Below, one piece after another: positions 54,269 to 64,000 of a DNA stretch of 64,000 nt. Source of the DNA: Octopus sinensis (taxonomy: Eukaryota). A program made the position numbers and the translations under genes. Below the pieces are notes generated by a model. The model was not told the origin of the DNA. It did not search any database and worked only from the letters and a program-made list of their open reading frames with translations. Numbering within the stretch: position 1 is the first letter of the stretch; every line of letters starts with the position of its first letter. Location: NCBI RefSeq assembly GCF_006345805.1, contig NC_043011.1, positions 17,930,464-17,994,463 on the forward strand, written 5' to 3'.

Positions 54269-55939
54269 TATATGTATGTATATGTATATATATGTATGTG
54301 TCTGTACAATGCACACGCACAACGTTTCTTCTTCAAGCGAACGAATGCTATACAATAATATCCTTTGACACACATACACACTCTAGGTAAAATGTCTGTG
54401 CGAATTATGTTATGTCTTGCGGTGTGCACGTGCAAATTTACAGCTCAAATCCAATTGAAATTATTTTTTTCTATTGTGTAATTTGTGCTTGTGACGAGCG
54501 TATTTAAAAACCTGATAAATTTGATGAACCATTTATATTTATATACTTTTGATGTGTACTGTAGTTAAATAAATGACATTTAGATTCCATACATTGAGCA
54601 TCCGGTAAATATTAGTCTTTAACCGGCCTCGTCAACTTAAATTTAATTTAGATTACCTCCATCACATATTTAAAAGAATCATTGTTTAAACTATTTAGAA
54701 GACTTTGTTTTAAATTTTCTTCGTTTCCAGTTTTATAATCTGTTCCTCTTCACAGTAAATTACTTTCATTACTTTGGAAACTAGTAACACGTAATTCGTT
54801 AATTATTTAAACAGAGTTCTTTAAATATTTATACCATAAATTTCTTCTCTTAACTCTTTCCTTTTCTTTTTCTCGACTTCCCATTCTTTTTCTTCTTGCT
54901 TCTTTTACATTCCCCTACCTATAGTCTTTCATGTTATAGAGTTGGCCTCTATTATTTCAGGGTGATGAGCGCTATTCATTCATTGCGTGTCGTTTTCTAG
55001 TTCTTTTATCCTACCCACCTCGCAATTTTACCGTCCATTATAAAGGAGGCGTAGGAGAAGAATATCGTTATAGACAATATTCCTGTCTGGAATGTTTCAT
55101 TCCCTAATGATTAATTTTTTCACAGTAAATTTAATTCGCACGATTTTAGCATTTGTTTTCTGAAAATTAAAACTCAGTCATTGATTTTAACATTGACTCC
55201 ATGTGGTAATGTATTCCAAAAGCTGATTGTATGGTTCATTACCCTATACAGTTATTTAGTGGAATATACAAACATCAACTGAACACCTTCTGACAGAACT
55301 GTTAGCCTGCAGGAAAAATACATAACGGCATTTCGTCCTTGTTAAGATAATAATTTCAAATTCTGCCGAGGTCGACATTGCCTTTCAATACGTGTTTTCG
55401 GAGCTCGATGAGCTCTACAGACACGTAAGCAAAATCTCTGGCCGAGACCAAAATATACGTGTTTCATCGATTTCATTCTCCTGCTATTCACAACTATATT
55501 GTGTAGAATAGTTGTATTCACGTTGACTTTGAATTATGTTTGAGCCCTTGACAAAAATCGACATACCAATCACTTTAGAAAGTAATGGACAGATAGCCAT
55601 TTAAGTTCTGGAGTAGTAGAAAGGGGGAAGATACATTTGAAAAGCATCGGAATTCTTAATAATCTTTCTTGGAACACGTTAAGTAATTTTGAAGGAGAAA
55701 GATGAGTGTAGAGTATAAAGTGCTGAGGTATAATCTTCTTCGCTAATGGTGAGTGAATTACAAATCAATTATGGCAATGATCGGCCAGCATTTAGCCTTC
55801 TATTCCATGTAGCAGGAAAGAGGTTTAGAAAGTTAAACATTTTTGCAAAGTAGGCTATTCTGCCAGAGGATTCACCAGAGATATCGTATGAATTATTTTT
55901 GGAGATTATGTCTTTACGGGAAAGTAATTTGTGAAATTA

Positions 55940-56783
55940 TATGCAATGTCCGATCAATAATTATGTGGAATGTTGCAAAAGTAACGATTTAAACTGCTTG
56001 GCAACGATTGACCTTCAACTCTGGTGTGCATGCGCTCTAAGTTTTAGCGTTTAACCTCTCTTCTGCTGTTTACAGCATTGCTTGAAAGGAACAGATGTAG
56101 CATGTGATCGTTGCATTAACCATGACAGAGAACGTTACTTGCACAGAGGCCTACTCCCAGATGCAGAGTGTCTGAGCCATACAGAAGTGTATGAGTGGTT
56201 GAGACGTTTCAAAGATGGTCGAAAAATGTCGATGTCGACAAAAGTTTTGGGAGACCCGCAACCAGCATAGCTGAGAAACACATCGCAAATGTGCGCGCAA
56301 CCGTGAGGGGAAGTCGTCGAATAACCAATCGTAAGTTATCAAAAGATGTTCAAATTAGTTACGGTTTAGTTCAGTCTATTGTCACTGAAGATTTGGGTAT
56401 GAAACGCGTGTCTGCCCAAGTTTGTGCCAAAACTGCTTTCAGTTTACCAAAAGGACACTCGGGTTTCAGTTGCACAAGATCTCCTTGTGTCGAGAACAAC
56501 GGAAACTTTTTGAAATCTTTGCGAAGGCCTCTGTGCATTTATCGCCAATCCTTTGACAAAAATTGATGCAGATTCTCTGCTCAATTTTCTCTGCAATTTT
56601 GAATGCCACGATAACGGAAGACACATCATCCTGACAATCACAGTGGAAGTGAGTTAGAACGTTAAAAATTAGTGCGTATGTACAACAGAGTTCTTGGTCA
56701 ATCTGTACCTAGCAGCTTCACTATGAATGCTTTAGCTTTATTACTATGGCAACACTCCAGATACTTATTGATCAAATCACGTA
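55940..56783 (+). mobile_element. Internally deleted mariner (Tc1/mariner) element
   Basis: Transposase N-terminus (VYEWLRRFKDGR; SGRP-like FGRPATS; VRGSRRITNRKLSKDVQISYGLVQSIVTEDLGMKRVSA.FVPK). Imperfect TIRs sharing gatcaataa.tat.tgga at about 55940-55972 and 56754-56783. Confidence 0.8.
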
Positions 56784-56898
56784 AATTTTTTTCTTTTACT
56801 GGAATATATTTTAATTATTATGAATCACGATTTGTATTTCGATGCTTCATCTTCAAAGTCGAACACATCACCATCATCATCATGATTATTATTATTAA

Positions 56899-56948
<50 letters not shown>

Positions 56949-56969
56949 TACTATTATTATTATTATTAC

Positions 56970-57012
<43 letters not shown>

Positions 57013-57525
57013 GAGTGAGAGAGCAGTTCATGCCATCAAAGTGACACTGGGGTAAAATATACGAAGCCCAATATACCCATCATGACTACCCGTCTGATAA
57101 AGGTACACCAGGCACATGCATCACAACCATATGTGCGCGACATGGTGATCTCATATCAAGATAAACAGCACATGACCTTGCAGGTGGGGCCCAGTTTGAA
57201 TTCTCTTCAGGTTGAGTAGCCCATCCCGCTCAAACGGTCCCCAAATAAGGGTTGTTTAAGGATGTTGAAAGAACCACCCATGTTTCCAGAGGTGAACTAT
57301 TCAAACCCCAAAGCATCCCTCTCAACACATGGCTATGATGCTCCCCCACTACTTCTGCTCGTGATCAGAGATGCACATATCGTCAGCCACTAAGGGACAT
57401 GCTCAACTGGTTAAGGTCAAACAACTGACAAGCAAATCTGTGGTATTGAGCAGAATATTTGCTGTAGCCCATCTTTTATACCAAGACAAAACATTATTAT
57501 TATTATTATTATTATTATATTATTA

Positions 57526-57556
<31 letters not shown>

Positions 57557-57564
57557 CATTATTA

Positions 57565-57610
<46 letters not shown>

Positions 57611-58320
57611 CATTACTGTTTTTGAGAGAGAGAGAGCAGTGCATGCCATCAAAGTGATACTGGACTAAAATATACGAAGCCCAGTATACCCAACATGACT
57701 ACCCGTCTGATAAGATTACACTAGGCACATGCATCACAACCATATGTGCGTGACATGGTGATTTCAAATCAAGATAAACAGCACATGACCTTGCAGGTGT
57801 GGCCCAGTTAGAATTTTCTTCTGGTTGAGTAACCCATCCCGCTCAAAAGGTCCCTGAATAAGGATTGTTTAAGGATGTTGAACGAAACACCCATGTTTCC
57901 ATAGGTGAATTATTCAAACCCCAAAGAATTCCTCTCAACACATGGCTATGATGCTTCCCCACTACTTCTGCTCGTGATCAGAGATGCACATATCGTCAGC
58001 CACTAAGGGACATGCTCAACTGGTTATGGTCAAACAACTGACAAGCAAATCTGTGGTATTGAGCAGAGAATTTGCTGTAGCCCATCTTTTATACCAAGAC
58101 AAAACAATGCACGTGATAACACTTCCAATCAGTTAAGATCAGAAGCCACGAGAGCCTCTGTCTATGACACTGGGCTAAAATATACGAAGCCCAGTATACC
58201 CATCATGACTACCTATCTGATAAGGATACACTAGGCACATGCATCACAGCCATATGATAAGGATACACTATCAACATGCAACACAGTCATATGATAAGTA
58301 TACGTACATGCATCACAACC
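57013..58320 (-). mobile_element. Three head-to-tail copies of the (AAT)n-tailed element (57013-57492, 57624-58162, partial 58165-58320)
   Basis: Direct homology between copies, separated by (ATT)n tracts. Confidence 0.9.
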
Positions 58321-58339
58321 ATTATTATTATTATTATTA

Positions 58340-58405
<66 letters not shown>

Positions 58406-58424
58406 CATCATTATTATCATTACT

Positions 58425-59060
58425 ATTTTATGTTTGACTTTTGCTTTGCATTTGTACAAGTGGGCTCCGAGTCTCACCCAGAGATCTCAAGAAACAAGTT
58501 AGAAATCCATTTAGAAATTCACCCAAGGTGTTATGCCTGGGGTGCCGTATATTGGCTTTTGTACATAGTTTTTCCTAAATAATGTTTATGAAACCATAAG
58601 AAAATTATGAGTTTGTTTTAAAATTTGATATTACATAGTCAGTATTGTACGTAGAATATGGGCAGCTCTCTTAAGCACTATCTTTTGAATTTCTGCTATT
58701 TTGTGATTTCGTGGTATCTGAGCTATGTAGCAATCAGTCACTTTTGCTATAATTCCTAGGGCACCTATGACAACATGTATTGTTTTTGTCTTCAGGTTCC
58801 ACATCTTCCAATTTTCTATTTCAAGATCTTTATACTTGTTCAGTTTTTGGTAGGCCTAGACAAATACGTTTATATCGATTGAGACAGTTGTATCAATGAG
58901 GAGGCACGATTTGTGTCTGAAGTCTTTCAATCTGATGTCTGGCCTATTTGCATCTATCTTTCTGTCGGTTTGAATGGGGAAGTTCTAGAGGAGTGAGATG
59001 TGATCATTTTCAAGTACTGGGGCTGGTTTGTGTTCCCACCAGTTTATATCATAGAACTAG
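58425..59060 (-). mobile_element. Dong/R4-type 3' end with (TAA)n tail
   Basis: WWEHKPAPVLEND, TDRKIDANRPDI, LLID, KYKDLEIE, VVIGALGII. The tail is 58320-58420. Confidence 0.85.
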
Positions 59061-59400
59061 TCCAGGTTTTTACAAATTACCCAGTGAATATATTGAACAA
59101 CTCTATCATGCCTGTTGAGATACTCTGTATGCGAAAGAAAACTGCTCATGGAGGCAACATGATCAATGGTCTCATTTTGCTTTTGACATACACGACATAT
59201 TGGGATATTTTCATTTTTCTAAAGATTTCCTCGTTTGCCGATAATCTAGAGATTCGGTTCAAAATGACTTTGAGTATATTTTCAGCGTTATTTTGAAGAC
59301 CATTAGTTTAAAATTGATATACCTGATGTTATCTTTGGGTTTGTGGTATGGGTGAAATTGACCTGTACCCAAATCCAAGGTAACGTCCAAGATGTTGTAT
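59060..59400 (+). pseudogene. Highly decayed CR1/L2-like RT remnant
   Basis: LKISSFADNLEI (cf. xFADD) preceded by a hydrophobic segment. Weak evidence. Confidence 0.3.
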
Positions 59401-61328
59401 TAATATATTTTTGTATGGAGATAGATAATCCTTAACCATTGAAAAATTAAAATAACTTTTCTCTTATATTTATCTAATTAAATATTGTTAGATTTATCTC
59501 ATGTAAATTGAGCGTCATCCCTATATTATTCTCCCATAACTGGCGGATATTCATTCCTTATACACAATAGGATATCAATACCTACTTTTTTATCTGAGCG
59601 GTATCACGGAATCTCATTGCAATGTCGAGCATATCGGAGCTATCCTTTCTTGCCCAGTACTTTTCCTCCATTTCAATAATATATTTTCTAGCTGTTAATT
59701 AATAACTACTTCTTTGGATAGGCTAGAGGTTTTGTAGCAAATATCAGCGACTTGAATAAAGCTGGATAGACTCGACTCATAACCAAGTGAATGAAATTTG
59801 GTGCAAATGTAATTGAGAGGTCTCTATGCAACATAAACATATGCCAGACATATTTAATCAAATATGATATCTATTTAACTGCACAATAGTAACATGCACC
59901 TACGTATTACCCTCCGTATTCATTGCAATTAACTTGTAAGTACATCAAGCGTAGACATGTTTCAGTGAGCAAATTGTTTTTATGTTGTTGTCTAATACGT
60001 TAAAATAAGTAATATATCTGCTGAAAAAAAAAAACATTATTAAGAAAAAACTTATAGCACTTTCTATCAATAATATTATTTAATAATATTCCAGTATTGG
60101 AGAATGTTATCCTCTAGGCAACATGAAGCAGTAAAAGCCAGCGTTATAAAACAACGCTTATAATACTATAACATAACTCTACTATTTTGAGCTGCAACGG
60201 TGGTTATAGAAGTATTTACTTTATCATTAAATCAATTATACCATTTGCTTTACAATTAAGCGTCTAGTTGTAATTTAGTTGAGAGAAATATACTTCTAGT
60301 TTGGCTTCGTTGTACTTCATAAAAGCAAATTTAAGAAATGTAAGTCACTCTTTCAAAAGGTAAATTCTAATCTGTTCATTTTTAAACGTAAAATATTTCC
60401 CAATTCAGATAGTTTACATTTTGTGAGAAAGCGTTGTTAAAATATGTACTGAGGTAGAGACACACAGATAGAGAGAGAGAGAGAGAGAGAGAGGCCGGAA
60501 TCAGACCTGGCGAACGTAGATTACGTCATTTGTGAGGTCTTGAATAGTAAGAATTGGACTGTGATAAAACTGTATAATGGTTAGTTGATCATTCAGTTGA
60601 CAAATAAAAGTAAAGATCTGAAACAGACACAGTACGTGTGTTTATTATTGACCCAATGATCCAATATATAATATATTTGTTTCAAAACACAAACAAGAAA
60701 TACATAAACAAAATATATTTTAGAACTTTCATTTAAAAAAAATGTGTTTGACAGTATCTCTTGATGCTATCGGGATCAGGTTATCAGAAGAATATTTAAT
60801 GATATCTATGGAAATGTGCGAACTGAGAATAGCTTGTAATAATTTATTGTCATACGATTAAAGCAACTATGAGAAGAGTAAAATATGGTTTGAGTTGTTT
60901 TAATCTAATGATGGAAACTCCTAGAGAACGCCTATGATAAAAATGTACCAACAATAGCCATTCTATATTGGAAATACACTCATGAATCACAGATTGCATT
61001 CCGCTATCTGATTGTCATTTATCATTATGGAAGATACTCGCCGGGCAATGTAAAGCTGCCTCAATAAAAGAAACATGTTTTAACTAAGCTAATGTCTCAG
61101 AAAATGTAGTGAGATATATTCTACTAATTACACATTTGAGACAACTGGAAACATGTTCAGTTGCAAACTAATCCGATAAATCAGGCCAATTACAATACTC
61201 TCAGATATTTCAAAGACCAAGCATAAAATATTATTCATGAAGCATGTACAGATGATAAAATATTGCAGCACACGCGTTACATGAAACCCGATACTAAGTT
61301 CGATATAAACACACACATATATATTTTT

Positions 61329-61724
61329 TCTCTTTTTCTCTTTTACTTGTTTCAGTAATTTTGACTGCGGCCGTGCTGGTGCACAGCCTTTGATCGAGCA
61401 ACTCGACCCCGGGACTTATTCTTTGTAAGCCCAGGACTTATTCTATTGGTCTTTTTTGCCGAACCGCTAATTGACGGGGACACCGGCATCGGTTGTCAAG
61501 CAATGCTAGGGACACAAACACAGACACACAAGCATACACGCACATACAAATATATACATATATACCACGGGCTTCTTTCAGTTTCCGTCTACCAAATCCA
61601 CTCACAAGGCTTTTGTCGGCCCGAGGCTATAGTAGAAGACACTTGCCCAAGGTGCCACGCAGTGGGACTGAACTCGGAACCATGTGGTTGGTAAACAAAC
61701 TACTTACCACACAGCCACCCCTGC

Positions 61725-61727
<3 letters not shown>
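61329..61727 (-). mobile_element. SINE family B, full length
   Basis: Reverse complement of the 16780-17160 family, head to tail. Confidence 0.9.
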
Positions 61728-61759
<32 letters not shown>

Positions 61760-61846
61760 TGGATAGATAGATAGATAGATAGATAGGTAGATAGGTAGAT
61801 AGATATATAATATATATATATAATAAATATATATATATATATATAT

Positions 61847-61893
<47 letters not shown>

Positions 61894-61911
61894 ATATATA
61901 TAAAAATATAT

Positions 61912-61975
<64 letters not shown>
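61728..61975. repeat. (TA)n/(TAGA)n microsatellite, 3' insertion site of the right-end PLE
   Basis: Read directly. Confidence 0.97.
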
Positions 61976-61977
<2 letters not shown>

Positions 61978-62006
61978 CGAGAAAGAAGCAACAAGAATGG
62001 ATAGGT

Positions 62007-62097
62007 TTTTAGTACAATCGTTTCATACAAGGACAGGCTTTATTAAAAGTTGTAAAAATTACAGCATATAAACGTGTCCCGTACTCATCAGCTAAAA
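62007..62097 (-). ncRNA. Type I hammerhead ribozyme with long stem II
   Basis: TTTTAG-CTGATGA-GTAC[52 nt]GTAT-GAAAC-GATT-GTA-CTAAAA. 6-bp stem I, all core nucleotides present, G.U wobble at 10.1/11.1, predicted cleavage between plus-strand positions 62013 and 62012. Confidence 0.85.
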
Positions 62098-63558
62098 TAC
62101 ATGTGAGTTCTCTAGACATCCTTGTGGTTGAGGCTATACTCATGAAGTAATGTAGATAATTAAGTAACACAAACAGATTTCCAAAGTTCATTAAAGTTCT
62201 TTAAAGATGATGTACAGTCTTATCACAGAATTTTAAAAAAGTTCTAATAGCATCACAGAGAAGGTGACCTAATCCATAGAGCACATATGAAATTCCAGAG
62301 ATATGATGAGGGATTACATACTCACAGAAGACAAATTTATCCATTGTTATTCACAACGAGGTGGGTCTCAATTCCTGCTTATTAGCATTACAGAGAGGGT
62401 GAATTAATCCTTTGTATAGATGCACAATTTCCAATGGTGTAGATGTAAGTTTCCAGAGAAACGAAGAGGAATTTCATATTCACAGGCGATAAATTTATCA
62501 ATGGTTGAACACAATGAGGTAGGTATCAGTTCTTGTTATATGATTAGGTATTTGCCACATTAATCACATTACTGCTATTTACAAGAGGCCGTAGCTATTT
62601 AACTTTTAAAGGCTGAAGTGCTTTCTAGAGAGGCAAAGAATAGAAAGAGAAGGGAATAGGAGAAAAGAGAGAAAATAAGGGAGGAGGGAGCAAAAAAAAA
62701 GGGGGGGGAGGGGACTAAAAGAGAAGAGAAAAGGAAAAAGAGAATAAGAAGAAGAAACAGAAAAAAGAGAAAAGAGAAAGAAATAGGGAAAGAAGGGAAA
62801 AAATAAAAATAAAAAAGGGGGTTCTAGTTATACAGACGAATTACTAGACGGCAAGTCTGGTTTTAATTTACAGGCATCTAGGAACTAGAGGAGAATATTA
62901 TTCTTTGGCCAGTAAAACAGCTAATTTATTGCTGTTGAAATCAGCTATGAATTTAAAGAGAATCTAAAGAGATAACACAGTCAGGGGTTTAGGGGTCAGA
63001 TGCTAAAATCAAAAGAAAATACATTAGGAAAATCTAAGTATAATCTTATCAAAAAGTCATTAAAACTTACTTATTTAATTTATTCATTTTATTGTCTTAA
63101 GGAGTTGCCGTTATTATTCATACATTGACGGACTACAGGTCAAATCTTAGAAGATCATTTACAAGGTGTTAGGGGATTGTCTATCATAATGAAGATAATC
63201 ATATTATCACCGAGGGGGTAGCCTTATTTATTTAATTTTGAAATAGAATTATGGGGCTATAGTAACTCATTTTATTTTATTAGAGTTATGCTACTTAAAT
63301 TAGATTAAGTTAGGAATTAAAATTAAAAATTACAATTAAGATTTAAAATTAAGAATTTAAAAATTATGAGTTTGAAATTAAATAAAGCCTCAATTAAGCA
63401 GCGTATAAGTACTATTCATTTCCCTGTTCTCAAAAAAACTGATGCAGATATAAGGAAAAAGATAACTGTAGTGTGAGAACCCTTAGTTATCTACTTAAAG
63501 CAATACTATACTAGTAGAAATCAAATTATGTCTATCTACCTAGTTACGAATATTCTAA

Positions 63559-63999
63559 TCATTTAAAATATTTTAAAGTCTTCAATTTAGCGTGGACACA
63601 AACTTGACCTAGTTCGATATGGTTATTCAATAAGTTTCTATGTTTTCTATGCTTTAGAATTTCATACGTCTCCATGGAGCATAGTTGGCAACCAACCCTA
63701 CTATTTTTATACGGAATTGCTCTCCTAACTATTTCCCAATTAAGATTATAATTTTTATTATTATTTTTGAGTTCCCAGATTTTGTTTGAAAGTGTGGTGG
63801 TACCAGCTTTATGACGTAATTTAAAAGACGAGATGTGATTTCTAACTCTGGCTAAAAAATTAATTGTACATCCAACGTAAAGATATTTGTTATTCTCCGT
63901 GGATATGGTACATTTATAGATTACATTATTTTCCCCACATAGACCAGGTGCCGGGCATTTTGATTTTATTCTACACTTACACACAGGAGGAGCAACTTC
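63559..63999 (-). CDS. C-terminal GIY-YIG endonuclease of a PLE (partial; frame open to window edge)
   Basis: CKCRIKSKCPAPGLC...VIYKC...YVGCT...RVRNHISSF...LSNKIWELK...W.I...Y...CQLCSMETYEI...LLN...E...CVH. Upstream codons EVAPPV are open, so the GTG start in the track is not the real start. Confidence 0.9.
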   Translation of the reverse strand, partial: EVAPPVCKCRIKSKCPAPGLCGENNVIYKCTISTENNKYLYVGCTINFLARVRNHISSFKLRHKAGTTTLSNKIWELKNNNKNYNLNWEIVRRAIPYKNSRVGCQLCSMETYEILKHRKHRNLLNNHIELGQVCVHAKLKTLKYFK

Positions 64000-64000
64000 A

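Larger units (their letters stand above)
61976..64000 (-). mobile_element. 3' portion of a Penelope-like element with cysteine-rich C-terminal GIY-YIG, about 1.55-kb 3' UTR/pLTR and terminal hammerhead
   Basis: Endonuclease ORF at 63559-63999, HHR at 62007-62097, junction with (TA)n about 30 nt after the HHR. Confidence 0.75.

Overview
Eukaryotic, AT-rich, microsatellite-laden intergenic or intronic DNA. The SINE families and the (TA)n/(ATT)n/(AGT)n load suggest a cephalopod such as Octopus (inference). No host protein-coding exon, rRNA, tRNA gene or CRISPR array could be supported, and most entries in the ORF track are microsatellite artefacts. The window is dominated by transposons. These are a near-intact Penelope-like element (PLE; RT plus GIY-YIG, 758 aa) with an inverted 5' pseudo-LTR, two decayed PLE fragments of similar type, the 3' end of a different PLE with a cysteine-rich C-terminal endonuclease, four Dong/R4-type non-LTR fragments, two tRNA-headed SINE families, an (AAT)n-tailed element in 5 copies, a deleted mariner and a possible Crypton-like element with a long hairpin. 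The most interesting signal is a set of about ten hammerhead-ribozyme (HHR) motifs from at least four sequence families, mostly in short pseudo-LTR pieces inserted into (TA)n tracts. One is a nearly canonical type I HHR with an unusually long stem II (62007-62097, minus strand). Another pair lies as mirror images inside a 165-bp palindrome. All folds were done by eye and need computational and biochemical confirmation.
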